Shown: in pieces, positions 23,738-36,320 of the stretch
How the letters are laid out: every line of letters starts with the position of its first letter
Position numbering within the stretch: position 1 is the first letter of the stretch
Source: Microthyrium microscopicum
Taxonomy: Eukaryota
Direction: 5' to 3'
Assembly: GCA_010405405.1 (NCBI GenBank)
Contig: MU004239.1
Location: forward strand, 186,001-250,000
Length of the DNA stretch: 64,000 nt
Position numbers and translations under genes: made by a program
The notes under the pieces: generated by a model
The model's database searches: none
What the model saw: the letters and a program-made list of their open reading frames with translations, nothing else
What the model was told of the DNA's origin: nothing

Positions 23738-26700
23738 ATGGCCCTTCTTTTTCTCCCTCAGACCAATACCTTCCCCAGGCCAGCCAAACCCAATGCGCGC
23801 CTCCAACGACTTGATCGAGCCAGGCGCGTCTTTCAGCGAGTTATTCTTACAGCCTTGGTCGTTTGCTTGATCGCATACACATGTTCCTTCTTTGTCGCTC
23901 ATCGGTCTCGGCCAATTAGGTTGAACAAGCGTAATGATGTCTTTATCAAGGACGAAGAGGTATGTCGCCTAGTTGCATGACTACAGTCGTCTGATCATAT
24001 GATACCAGTGTCAACTCGTTCACAACGCGATCGATCAATGCGCCTTCGTCATCAAGAATTGCGATGATGAAGAACCGGGCTACATCCATTACCTTCAGCT
24101 CTACTACTGCACACTGCCAAAAGTTAAACCTCTTGCTTTTATCGTTATAATATCATGGCTTGGCCTTCTCTTCAGCACCATTGGACTTGCAGCAAGCGAT
24201 TTTTTCTGTGTCAACCTAGGCTCCCTGGCCACCATGGCTGGAATGAGCGAGAATTTTGCCGGCGTCACCCTTCTTGCTCTTGGGAACGGAAGTCCCGATG
24301 TGTTTTCCACATTTGCCGCCATGTACAATAATAGCGGAAGTCTAGCCATTGGCGAACTCGTTGGGGCTGCTGGATTTATAACTGCTGTTATAGCTGGATC
24401 AATGGCCTTTATACGCCCTTTCAAGGTGCCCCGGAAGACATTTCTGAGAGATGTGATTTTCTTTATAATTGCTGCTAGTTTCACACTGGTATTTCTTGCA
24501 GATGGCAAACTCCAGCTGTGGGAATGCATAGTTATGGTTTCACTCTATATTATTTACGTTGGTATAGTTGTCTTTTGGCACTGGTACTTCAAAAAGAAGC
24601 GAACCCGGAGATTGACGGAGCTTGCAGCAAGATCTCAACACTCATATCCAGGGACCGGTGCTGCCGAATTTGGGGGAGAATACAGGGATGAAGATGAAGA
24701 TAGAGATCCTCGAGATAGACTATCAACAAGAACTGGAAATGAAGATTTTGAAGCCCTGGAGCACGGCGCAAATGAGCATGAAGACGAGGATGAAGAGGAA
24801 GATCGGATGGAAAGAGTTCGTGGCCATCTAAGTAGCCAGATGCGTCTACGAAGACCTCGAGCGGGTGATCGTCGAAGTACTCACGATCCAATTCGACCGA
24901 GTTTGCTCGGTGCTCTCGAATTTCGAAGTGTGCTTTCTGGCTTGCATCGTGTGGGAAATCTGCAAGTGTATCCAATGAATAATAGGAGATATTCAGAGGA
25001 TCCTACTCTCGTCATGTTTCAAGATCAAAGGTCAACAATATCCGAACCAAATCAAGTGGAATTCGAGTCTGCTGCTACAAAACGACCATCAATTCAAAGG
25101 ACGGCTTCTGGCAACCGAACTCGAGCTGTATCAGCCATAGAGCCTGGCGTGTTTGGTGATTCTAATCTTCCGAGTGTTCCACGAATTGATTTGCAGGCAC
25201 CTGTCGATGAAGAGCCAGTACAAGATCAGCCGTCGGACTCGTACTTCGACAACACCAGCCATAAGCCTCCACCATCACCAACGATATCAATTTCGCCGCC
25301 TCCATCTGAGCGTCGTGTTCCAGCACCAGATGGCCAGCAAGCCCGTCGAAGTCCGTCTCCAAAGGGATTGGCACCGCCTGGACCGATTGGGTCACGATCA
25401 TCTCACCAACCATCAACCACGTCAAGTCTCAAAGATCGAGGCGTGGAGCCGCATAAATTGGATACCAGTGTGGGGTCGCATTCTAGCCAGGTCTCGCAGT
25501 TCCCAGTGTATACCGACGAATCCTTCCCAGCATCTCCAATGAGCATGGGATCGGAGACTCCATTCAGGTTGCCATCTCCGGTTGTCCCTTCTAGTCCTGC
25601 CGTAGGTGTAGGTGCTCCCTCTAGACGACCTCTGACCTGGTGGCCCTACTGGCTTCTACCAAAGCCAGAAGAGTTGATAGAGACTCTGTTTCCCACACTA
25701 CAGAAATGGAACGACAAAGGGTTCCTAGGCCGAATATTCGGTATATTATCGGCTCCAAGCGTATTTTGTCTCACCATCACCTTACCCGTGGTAGAAATAG
25801 CTAAGGACGACGAGGTCGCAGACACAATACCGGACATTAGCAGAGCTCCAACCGTATCTTCCACTCAAATTCTACCTCACATAGAAGGCATCGAACAACA
25901 ACCACCAGTCCAAGTCCTCGCCGAAGAAGCAGGTCTCCACGGCCCACCTGCCGTAGTTGCTCCCCCTTCAGGTTCCCGAACCAGTCTACCTGACAACAAC
26001 CATCTAATAAACTCCCCAGAACAACTACCCTCCCTTGGCACCGATGACGAAGGCTGGAACAGATGGCTCGTCATTCTACAAGTCTTCACTGCGCCACTCT
26101 TCTGCACCGTCATCATCTGGGCCAACGTCGACTACGGCAACCTATCTCTTCTGCTCTACTACGTCCTTGTATCCCTAGTCATCTCCTTAATATTCTTGAC
26201 ATTCGTACTCTTCACGAGTAATCCAGACTACCCGCCCATGTGGTACGGATTATTGTGTGTGCTTGGCTTTGCGGTCAGTATTGGTTGGATCTCCACCATT
26301 GCCGGCGAAGTCGTCGGCGTTCTCAAAGCTTTGGGCATAATCTTCAACATTTCAGACGCCATTCTCGGCCTCACCGTCTTTGCCGTCGGAAACTCTCTCG
26401 GTGACTTGGTTGCAGACGTCACCATGGCGAAGCTTGGATACTCTGTCATGGCTCTCAGCGCATGCTTTGGTGGACCCATGTTAAACATCCTGCTTGGTAT
26501 TGGGTTGAGTGGCGCATATATGACGATATCTCAAGGCCAGCAGAGGAAGAAGAAACATCCAGGCAAGAAGTTCAAGGTCAAGCCATACATCATCGAGGTT
26601 GATCGCACCCTAATGATCTCTGGAATCGCGCTACTCGTCACGTTGGTTGGTTTGTTGATCGTTGTCCCGCTAAGGAGATGGCGGATGGATCGTGTGGTTG

Positions 26701-26792
26701 GGTGGTTTCTGATTGGGTTGTGGATTGTTACGACGATTGGGAATCTTGGGACAGAATTATGGCTTGGCCAGGGAACTTGGGCTGGGCCATAA
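23738..26792 (+). CDS. Sodium/calcium exchanger (CCX/NCKX6, Ecm27-like); intron 23960-24008
   Basis: Alpha-repeats AGVTLLALGNGSPDVFST and LGLTVFAVGNSLGDLVAD...ACFGGPMLNILLG; multiple TM segments. Confidence 0.9.
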
Positions 26793-27260
26793 AGTAGAAC
26801 TTTCGTAGGATGCTATGAGTAGAGGGCTGGGAAAGAGACGGGTGCTGGCGGTATCTATATGACTGAGACGAAGCGATGTTTGGTATGGTGTTTATTCTTG
26901 GATGGACGATGGACGGATATACCCATTTCTTTTGATACTAGTTGCGCCGAACCTATTGTACATTCTTGGTCAAACAACAAATATTGTTGGCTTTTGTAAT
27001 TACCCTTTTTGCATAGTATACATAGCAATCACGTCCATTCTTATTAACCATACCCATTCATAACAACACCGTGAGGGACAGCATTTAATTGTATCAGGTT
27101 GGTACTTTCTCTGAGCGATGTAAAGTTGAACATGCATGACCGGCCATTGAAGGCCGCCAAAATTGTAGTGCGGATCAGCAAGTCGGGAAAAGTACACGTA
27201 TACCATCATCTTCGATAGTAGCTTTAGCATTCGGATAAAATATATCTTATTACATAGCAT

Positions 27261-28904
27261 TTATGTCGCCTTGCCTTTCCGCTTAGCCTTTCTCCTCTCC
27301 CAAACCTGCACATAGCTTTCTTTCGTGAAAAGCGTCTCCGCCGCAGCCTTTTCGACAAACAGATCCTGAATCTCAAACCACTCTGCGCCAGCGCGGTCCA
27401 TAACTTGGCACCGCCAGACTTTCTTCTCTGCCTCACCTTCCACGCTATCGTCCCGTACTCTTACTGCCTCGTGCGTGATATTCGCTACGAGATCGTAAAT
27501 AATTGGCTCACCGACTGGGTGGAGCGCAGGATTTGGCACCACGTATTGCGACATGTCTAGGCCTGTAGGTTGGAAGGTGACGATCGTGGGATTGCGTTCG
27601 GACACGAACTTGTTCGCCGAGAAGCGCTTGACATGGAAGAGTAGGTAAGGTGGTAGTGGATGAAGTAGGCGGTAGCGGCGTCGGAAATTGAGCTTTTCTT
27701 GGGCGTGGATGCCATCGTACTTAGATAGGATGGTGGTGAGTGGTACTTGGGGTATAATATTTTTGTCGAGCTCGTCTTGGAAGAGTGGCGCAGCGGGCAG
27801 GTCGAGGGTAAGTAGCAGGAATCGGGAGATGTCAGTCTGGACGTGTGCGTCTTCGAACCTCAAACGGTCGCCGGCGTCTGCGCGCGCTGTAATGGCTTGC
27901 GATTCGATTTGTACGGAGCCTTGGAAGACGCGCTGGACCATGCTGGTGCCGGGCTTGCTTTTGGAGCCGCCGAGGGCTATGTGTAGGTTATTAAGAAACC
28001 AATTGAGGAAGTCGACGGGGTCGGATTGCTGAGAGAGGGTGAACTTTTTGTTAGAGCGGAGTGTGATTTCTTGGAGGAGTTCGTGGGGTGATACATGGGC
28101 TTTGAAGGCGTGGGGATTCCAGATTTTGCGAATCAGGATGCCAAATCGTTGGGCTAATTGAGGGCGTGATGATAGATCTTCTAGCATGAAGAAGTTGCGG
28201 AGTGGCGCAACGTGTGAGAGTAGTTGGATGACTGAATTCAGGTAGTCGTTGGCCTTGATGTTATTAATGCCAACAAAACCGGGAATATATTTATTGCCTG
28301 CCAGATCCCAAGAAGGATTTAAGGTCTTATCGAGCTTCATAACATCTTCCTTGGGCATCTTTGGGTTCGCAACGAATTTGATATCATCCAAACTCTTTGA
28401 AGTGACCTCGTAGTTTTCGGGAAGGACGTAGACTTTCTGTGACTCGAGATTGATGTAAACATGATGATCTTCGTCGAGCGCATGAAAGTATGCTTGTGAC
28501 TTAGGCCCTCGACCTTGATAGTACTTCCCGCAGACCAGACAGGCATAGACGTTTATGTTGGAGAGAGTTACAGAGCATAACTTTTCGAAATCGAAATCGA
28601 GGAGTGCGCGATTGATGGTGTCGAGGTATAGATCCTGGTATCCTTCCACTGGTGCAGTTTGTCGTGGTAATTGTATAGGCTCGTCTTCGTCTTCGTCTTC
28701 CAAGCCATCGTCTCCGTCTAGCAGATCAGCAACTCCAGCTTCGACCAATTCTTCATGCTCTTCCATGTCAGCGCCTAATATGTCTGGTGTTCCTGTTGAG
28801 GTTGATGGTGCAGTGTTGCCATTGTCCACGCGAGGACGCTTAGCCGCCGGCGAGGGAGCTGCAGCAACTTCCTCGAGATTGTCGACGGCCGGTCTTTTTG
28901 GCAT
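27261..28904 (-). CDS. SAD1: U4/U6.U5 tri-snRNP protein Sad1/USP39 (ZnF-UBP plus inactive USP domain)
   Basis: LDFDFEKLCSVTLSNINVYACLVCGKYYQGRG, PGFVGINNIKANDY, FKAHVSPHELLQE, ERNPTIVTF. Confidence 0.95.
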   Translation of the reverse strand: MPKRPAVDNLEEVAAAPSPAAKRPRVDNGNTAPSTSTGTPDILGADMEEHEELVEAGVADLLDGDDGLEDEDEDEPIQLPRQTAPVEGYQDLYLDTINRALLDFDFEKLCSVTLSNINVYACLVCGKYYQGRGPKSQAYFHALDEDHHVYINLESQKVYVLPENYEVTSKSLDDIKFVANPKMPKEDVMKLDKTLNPSWDLAGNKYIPGFVGINNIKANDYLNSVIQLLSHVAPLRNFFMLEDLSSRPQLAQRFGILIRKIWNPHAFKAHVSPHELLQEITLRSNKKFTLSQQSDPVDFLNWFLNNLHIALGGSKSKPGTSMVQRVFQGSVQIESQAITARADAGDRLRFEDAHVQTDISRFLLLTLDLPAAPLFQDELDKNIIPQVPLTTILSKYDGIHAQEKLNFRRRYRLLHPLPPYLLFHVKRFSANKFVSERNPTIVTFQPTGLDMSQYVVPNPALHPVGEPIIYDLVANITHEAVRVRDDSVEGEAEKKVWRCQVMDRAGAEWFEIQDLFVEKAAAETLFTKESYVQVWERRKAKRKGKAT

Positions 28905-29208
28905 GATGATAAGGTCGGGTTCGAACGATCGAGGATTTATGGGATGGTGCTAATTATTTAAGAACTCTCGAAGTTGCGAAAAAGGTCAGGCAAGCGCTAG
29001 GCACGTGCAGGGGACCACGCGCACGCGAGTTATCTAGCCCCTGGAAGCTTCAAGATGGTCTGTAGCCCCCGTTGTATGCCCCACCAAACATCAGGAGAGT
29101 ACGAAAAGCTGTCGCGCAGTAAACATTTCAAGGCATCTTTCACCGACATACAAAAAAAGTTGCCTACACGCTCTCTTCTCCTCCCTCCGTCCCTTGTCAT
29201 CTATCATC

Positions 29209-30917
29209 ATGGTAAGTGTACTTTGACTGTCAAATATATGCGGTTTGGACATGTCACTAACAGTATCGTCTCACTAGGCACAAAATCCTACCCAAGTTTT
29301 CGCGCAAGACGTAACGGAAGAAAGAGGCGAAAATGCTAGACTCTCAGCATTTGTTGGTGCTATTGCAGTTGGTGATCTGGTGAAGAGTACACTGGGCCCT
29401 AAAGGAATGGACAAGATCTTACAATCTGCGTGGGTTTGGTCTTTTTGACAAAATGTTCTAGTCCTAACTTTCCATCATACAGATCCACTGGCGAAATATT
29501 AGTTACCAATGACGGAGCCACCATTCTCAAAGCCATCGCACTCGATAATGCCGCAGCAAAAGTTCTCGTCAACATCAGCAAGGTTCAAGATGACGAAGTT
29601 GGTGATGGCACAACATCAGTCGCTGTCCTGGCCGCCGAACTTCTTCGCGAAGCAGAACGACTCGTAGATCAAAAGATTCACCCCCAGACCATCATCGAAG
29701 GTTATCGAATTGCCTCCCAAGCCGCACTCTCCACCCTCTCATCCCTCGCCGTTGACAATTCCAAAGATGACGAAGAATTCCGTAAAGATCTCATAGCCAT
29801 CGCACGTACCACTCTCAGCAGTAAAGTCCTCAGCCAGGACAAAATACACTTCTCCGATTTGGCGGTTGATGCCGTTCTACGTATGAAGGGCTCTACAGAT
29901 CTCACACATATCCAGATAATCAAAAAGGCGGGTGGCAAGCTCAAGGATTCATACCTTGATTCTGGGTTCATTCTAGATAAACAATTCGGCGTCAATCAAC
30001 CCAAGCGCATCACCAATGCCAAAATCATGGTCGCCAATACCGCCATGGACACCGACAAGATCAAGATTTTTGGCGCCCGCGTCAAGGTCGACTCTACAGG
30101 CAAACTCGCTGACCTCGAGCGCGCCGAAAAGGAAAAGATGCGCGCCAAAGTCGAGCGCATCAAGACACACGGCATCAACGTCTTTGTCAACCGCCAACTC
30201 ATCTACAACTGGCCCGAACAGCTCTTTGCGGACGTTGGCATCGCTTCGATCGAGCACGCAGACTTTGACGGTGTCGAACGTCTCGCACTGGTCACTGGCG
30301 CAGAAATCGCATCCACCTTTGACCACCCCGAATCCGTAGCCCTTGGCCATTGCGACCTTGTCGAAGAAGTCATGATCGGCGAAGACACACTCATCCGCTT
30401 CTCTGGTGTTGCCGCTGGCCGTGCCTGCACCATCGTCCTCCGCGGCGCCACCGAACAACTTCTCGACGAGGCAGAGCGCTCTTTACACGATGCCCTCGCC
30501 GTCCTCTCACAGACCGTCAAAGAGCCAAAGGTCACACTTGGCGGCGGCTGTGCGGAGATGAACATGGCGCGCGCCGTGGACGAGGCTGCCAAAGGCACAG
30601 CAGGCAAAAAAGCACTTGCTGTTGAAGCCTTCGCCAAGGCATTACGCCAACTACCCACAATACTGGCAGACAATGCAGGTCTTGATAGCGCGGATTTGGT
30701 GAGTCGGCTACGCACTGCCATCTACGCAGGCGAGAAGCAGGCAGGTCTAGATCTGTTGACACCCGGTGGCGGCATCGTCAACATGCGCGAGATTGGCGTA
30801 GTCGAAAGCTACAAGCTCAAGCGCGCAGTCGTAAACAGTGCCAGTGAGGCGGCAGAATTACTTCTGAGAGTGGATAATATCATCCGCAGTGCACCGCGGA
30901 AGCGTGAGCGCATGTAA
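29209..30917 (+). CDS. CCT2: T-complex protein 1 subunit beta; exon 1 is the ATG only, introns 29212-29277 and ~29430-29481
   Basis: [65 protein letters not shown]. Confidence 0.95.
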
Positions 30918-31178
30918 GATAGGAAGAAACCCCGATAAGGACAAAATCCATAGAATTGTAATTAATTCCCAGTGTCCATAAGCTATCTAACAGATATTCG
31001 AACAGTAAAAGAAGCGCATAGGTACCTCCAAGAAGCCATTAGTAAGCACAAGTCCAAGAAGTGAAATCCTCCTATCCTCCGCGATATCAGCTCGCGCACA
31101 ACTCAAAAACAATTAATAATATGGGTATTTAGTCAGCCTCGCGCTTGTCCTCAATCTCGCCTGCTCTCTCGCAACGCC

Positions 31179-33253
31179 CTACGTAGCTGCCACCGCAGGC
31201 GCTTTTCCAGCCTGTGTACTCTGAGCGCCATCGACTCCATTCATCTTCTCCTCTACCTTCTCCGGTTCCTCAGTCAGCGGCCCATTCCCATTCAAAACCT
31301 TGCCTCCCTCATAACCTTCCTTCCTGCGATTCGCGCTCTCTCCGTTTACACCAAGATCCCTACCCTTGGCGAGGCTCTTATAGTGCGCCTTCTTCCGATT
31401 GCCCTTATTGCTCGCATTATGTTTCAACGTCTTCAGCAGACTCGGATCCTCGCGGCCCCGTGCAATCATATCTTCAAGATCGCTTTCATCCGAGCTGCTG
31501 ATGCTGCTGCCGCGACTAGTCTGGCGGTACATGACCATGCCATCTTCTTTCTGTTTCTGGCGCTGCTCGTCCTTGAGTTTCTGCTGTACTTCTGCATCTT
31601 TTTGGCAATCGAGCGTGACGACTTTCAGGCCAGGTAGATTGCGTTGTAAGAATTCTTTGAGTTTGGGGAGGAGGTCGGCGTTGGGCCGGTAAGTACCGGA
31701 ATCGTTGTCGATGACGAGCTCGTAGTAGGCTGGATCTTTGACGGGTTCATCACCACCGTCTGGCTCTGGGATATCGTTGGGTGGATGGGCGGGGTTATCG
31801 CCGCCTTCCTCCGGTGGTGGTTGGTGCTTGTGCTTTAGTCGGCGCACGAAGAATTCGCCGGAGAAGGCGATGTAGAGCGCGACTTCGCTGTGCATTGTGT
31901 GCTTGGATAACATGTCGATGCCGAATTGCTTGCCTGTCTCCGTGAAGCGCATTAATCCGTCGAGAGTCAGAATGTAGGTAAAGATGCGGCCTCCTTGGTC
32001 AAAGTGCACGAGTTCAAGGAACTTTAATGCCGCTTCGGTGTTGGGCCCGTTGGGCATATAGCCTGTTTCTGTGGAGCGGTCGAAATGGTAAATTTGGTCA
32101 TGTTGGTGCATGAGGGCTTTATGGAGGAAGAAGCCTCGGAGGCCGGAATGAGTGAACATGCGCTTGACAAAGGGACGGAATTCAACGTATCGGTGGTATA
32201 GCTCGGCGGGGACTGGACCGGCGAATTGGAACTGGTTTGCTTGGAAGCTGAAATTTTGTTAGCAAAAGGAAATGCGATTGAGATGTGAGCTTACTTGTAT
32301 TTCTGCGCCTTGGTCTTACTGCTATCATCGGCCTCTTCAGCTTCCTCTGTTGCAGTGTTTTGCCCTGGGGTTTTGCGACCGGTTATGCGACCTAGAAGAG
32401 GACTGTAATGTCGTGTGAACCACATGGGTCCAACAGTATACAATCTGGAGCCATGTTCTGATTCCGTGCGACCAAGATTTTCAATGCTGACAAAAAGATG
32501 CCCGTCCATGTGCTTTCTCTTACGAACGCCAGTAGCGAGGGCTTGTACAAGATAGGCGCGTTTGCTACCTGTTCGTTTCTTGATCTTGAGATCTTGGTTG
32601 GTGATGCCTTTCCACGCTTCATCAAGATGATGTACTTCGATTTCGGCGTTTCCAAGGCGATCATCATGGTCTGCTGGATCTTCGTCGTAGATTCGGCATT
32701 TCAGTTTGAATCCACTGGCGGGGACATTTGCGACTATCCATTCAGCGTTCCATTCTGGGTCGGTGTTCCTGCGAATAGTAAAGGTGCGCATCCTCATGGC
32801 GGGATCTTCCTTGTGGCGAGTCGGATTATGTGTGTAAATTTGAGATATGACATATGGATCGGAAGATAAGGAGTTGATATCGGCCATTGGTAGATTCTCG
32901 GCGCGATGGATTGTAAACTTGAGGGTATAGCCCGGAGGCATTCTGGGAATAGGCGTCGCATCGTATCCGCCTGCAGGTTTGGGCTCGGAGCTGCTGGAAT
33001 CGGATTGTTTGTTAGACTTGGGCGAGGAAGAGTTGTCGTCTTTAGCTGGTGTCGCAGAGTCCGGATTGGGATGATCTCTGCCTGACTCTACGGTTGGCTC
33101 GGCGGCAGTGCTTGGCTTGCTTGGTTCGGCAATTGCTGGAGCTGCTTGAGCTTGCGCTTGATGATCTTGATGATCTTGATCTGACGTCACATGGGATGGA
33201 GGAGGCTCTGAGGCCTCGTGCGCCTGACTGGGAACAGGGCCGGCAGCGGACAT
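31179..33253 (-). CDS. Conserved fungal C2-domain protein; intron ~32294-32249
   Basis: LKFTIHRAENLPMADINSLSSDPYV...YDEDPADHDDRLGN (C2); downstream FQANQFQF and FTETGKQFGIDMLSKHTMHS. Confidence 0.85.
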
Positions 33254-33455
33254 GGTGAACTACTAGAAATAAAGGAAAAAGGGACCAAGTCTTGGTATGA
33301 TGCGGTGATGTTGTGCAGGTAACAAAGACAGCCAAACAACGCAGACTTGGCACGACGGGAAGAAAAGCAAAGGAGGATTGGGGGAAAGCAGGCACTGAGG
33401 CAGGGCCAACGGATCAAATGACAAAAAGTGGGAAGACGGATCAAGCACTTTGATA

Positions 33456-33712
33456 TCTCTGCTGCGCGTTCTGTCCTACACAGGCAGAAAAATGGCCGTC
33501 TTTTTTGATCGCACCTGCGAAGCTGTTGATTAGCTGCATACTCCTAGAATAAGCGATTATTATTGGCTGATAATATCTTGGCAAGGAACATCAAAAAGTC
33601 AACCAATCAGCTTAGGCAAGGAGTGCCCTCACAACCAATCAGCTTGGTCAAATGGTGCCCTACTTCAGAGAGCAATTTTCCAGCCTGTGTAGGACAGAAC
33701 GCGCAGCAGAGA
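33456..33712. mobile_element. MITE (~257 bp) with 30-bp perfect TIRs and flanking TA dinucleotides (Tc1/mariner-type target site)
   Basis: tctctgctgcgcgttctgtcctacacaggc at 33456 and its exact reverse complement ending at 33712; TA on both sides; internal direct repeat caaccaatcagctt x2. Confidence 0.85.
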
Positions 33713-33771
33713 TATTTTAGATTGCCGTCTTGGCAACCATGATCCAGGCCAGATTCAAATTTCAAGCCATT

Positions 33772-34100
33772 AATCTGCAGGGTCGGCAGCTGAAATCTTT
33801 GATAAGCTAAAGTTTGATAACCCCTTTGGCGTTTTATAAAGCGTACTATATAAATTTAAGCTCGTGATAGCTAACGTTACTTATAAAGGGATAGCTAATC
33901 TACTTCCCGTCGTTATACTATAAGGAAATTATACGGAACTTAAGGAACTAAGCAGTTTTGAGGCTTAAATCTATTATATAGCGCTAACGTAATCCATTAG
34001 CGCTATATAATTACTACCAATTGTTGAGTAACACCTTACCTAATCAAGCGACGGATCAGGTTCTTATTATTACGGATCCGGGTTGCCGACCCTCCAGATT
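33772..34100. mobile_element. Second small TIR element with an AT/TpA-rich (RIP-like) interior
   Basis: aatctgcagggtcggca ... tgccgaccctccagatt imperfect inverted ends; 15-bp perfect hairpin at 33973-34011. Confidence 0.6.
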
Positions 34101-34743
34101 CTTCTCTCAGCACTGAGCAGTTCAGCCTTAAGAAGTTAAGCTCATCAGGGCTGTATCACACGAGTCAGCACCATGCCACCGCTTCTAAACGGGGGCCGTT
34201 ACCTAGAGCAACCAACCTCAATGCATTTTGATGAATCTACTCCTTGGGGCGGCTTTGAAGAGCATATTCTATGTAGTCATGACTATTTCAAATGATCCGA
34301 ACTGGGTAGGTACAATAGCTATTTGATACATATTATATATTTATGTATTTATGTACTTTGGGTCCAGTTATTTAAGAAAGATTTTACGTTTACCCGCTAT
34401 TTGTTTATTTCAGGGGCATTGTTGTCAGTTTCACGTTAGTAAGGAGAACTTCGTAGCTTGAAGACTTGACAACAGGTCTTGATCTTGACGACCACCTACC
34501 CGCACCCTCTTCTGGATATTCCTCCTTTGATCTATGAATAACCTTCAGGATTGCCATGTAGGTGGTCGGTGTATCATAGCTAATGGCTTAGGCGTTATGG
34601 TCTGAAGACATTGATCAATAATTACACGCCATAGCCGCGTTGACGCCTCGGTGGCGTTGATCCGTTGCTATTCATTGTTTACCTACACTTTGTCCATGTT
34701 ATCTAACCTTCAATACTTTGACTGGAATTGTACACCAACGATC

Positions 34744-35502
34744 ATGGCTACGCCCGCCGCATATCACCGCTACGCTAAGCACGGCTTTGCAGGTCTCGAC
34801 GGAATTCAAGCCAAACACATCATGAGAATCATGAATTCCCCTTGGGATGCAGACCAGGAAATTGCAAAGCAGATCAACGCGCTGATAAAGCGCTTCGCCA
34901 TCAAAAAGCACATGGAAACTTACTATCGAGCCCGTGGTTTGTCTGTGCCCAGAAACTATGTTGATAAATGCGACGAGCCCGGATCAGGGCGCCATAGCCC
35001 AGTTCCATCAGGGCCACTCGACCACGACCACTCACTTATTCTATACGAAGAACCGTCTTGGGACGAGAGACTGGCTACCGCTAAAGAACTCGCTGCGCAA
35101 GCACAACAAGCTGGACACGCCAGCGACGATATATTCCACATTTTCTTCTACGACGGTATTAATGTTGCACAGCAATGGCCGCCAAGTATACGCCTCATGC
35201 ACGAACCTTGGATGAAGAAATGCGTGTCCGAAGACCTTCGGATTCCAGTTGATGAGGTCACGCTGGAGAGCTTCCTGATCTGGGAGAGAACTGGTTGTTT
35301 CACTAAACCTTTCAGTTTGGGGTGGTTGCCACTGCAGAAGGGAGAAGACTTTCTAAGTGCCAACAAAGAACTGATAGCGAATACGAAGCGAATGAATGCT
35401 AGAAGATGGAAAGCAAAGGCACGAAAGAATGGACCAAGAAAGAAGAAGCAAACCAGAGTGACTGCCGTGACAGTAACGGTCTCGATTGAGGAGTCTGGAT
35501 GA
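34744..35502 (+). CDS. Hypothetical protein, RYAKHGFAGL family (modules N+C)
   Basis: MATPAAYHRYAKHGFAGLDG...MNS...SPVPSGPLDHDH...HIFF...MKKCVSEDLRIP...VTLESFLIWE. Confidence 0.8.
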   Translation: MATPAAYHRYAKHGFAGLDGIQAKHIMRIMNSPWDADQEIAKQINALIKRFAIKKHMETYYRARGLSVPRNYVDKCDEPGSGRHSPVPSGPLDHDHSLILYEEPSWDERLATAKELAAQAQQAGHASDDIFHIFFYDGINVAQQWPPSIRLMHEPWMKKCVSEDLRIPVDEVTLESFLIWERTGCFTKPFSLGWLPLQKGEDFLSANKELIANTKRMNARRWKAKARKNGPRKKKQTRVTAVTVTVSIEESG

Positions 35503-35638
35503 GAACTATCCTATATTGTAGCAGTTGTATACATATTGTATGAGTATATCAAGTTGTCAAGTAGCCGAAACCGCCATCGCACCAAGGGTCTACAAGTATT
35601 CAGAAGTAGCTAAAATTATGGGAGAAGAAGACCCAAGG

Positions 35639-35866
35639 CTAGGTGACCTGCTCGCTCATCAATGGGTATCCTGGCCAGTATTCTCGCAGCACTTGTTCAT
35701 TATCAAATATTCTGTCACCGTGCTCTACTGCTACTGTCTTCTCTTGTCGTTTACTCGCATAAACCGAATCTACTCTAAGATGACAGTCCACTTCTTTAGC
35801 TTGGACTCCATCCAGGCCGGCAAAGCCGTGCTTTGCATAGCGGCGCTGCACATCGTGTGTGACCAT
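35639..35866 (-). pseudogene. Truncated RYAKHGFAGL-family copy (N-terminal fragment only, 75 aa)
   Basis: MVTHDVQRRYAKHGFAGLDGVQAKE...VEHGDRIFDNE; resembles VDHGHDRIFESE of the 47134 paralogue; no C module. Confidence 0.6.
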
Positions 35867-36320
35867 AACGGTTCCCAGGTTGAATCTGTCGTGTAGGGCG
35901 AAAGATTTGTAGAAGCAGAGAAGCATAAATGAAGTGTAAACACCAAGAGCAACTGGTTTGTATTCGCTCTCATGTGTTTAGCGGTAGCTTTTCACATTTT
36001 GAAACAGATATATCAACATCCATTTCTATTGTGATATAATTCTAAAAGGAAGAGAAGATAGCCAATAGCAATGTTTCGTTATATCTGATAGCTCTTTGAA
36101 ACCCTACATACGCCTTTAGCAAGTAATATGGAGTGACAATAAAGAAGAGGCGGGCGAGTAAAGGATATAAGGGTCCCGAACAACGATCAATAACAATCTG
36201 AGTATTGGGATAACCTTAGAGAGATGATCCTGTACTCCGAGGCTCTGCATAATCCATACATTATATACATCCTGTCAGCTCGAAAATTTTGTATCCATAG
36301 AATGGGCAGATTAGGGCTCA

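Noticed and set aside
29973..30762. Long antisense ORFs over CCT2 (similar ones over SAD1 and the pheromone gene)
   Set aside because: Expected by-product of strong codon bias in highly expressed genes.
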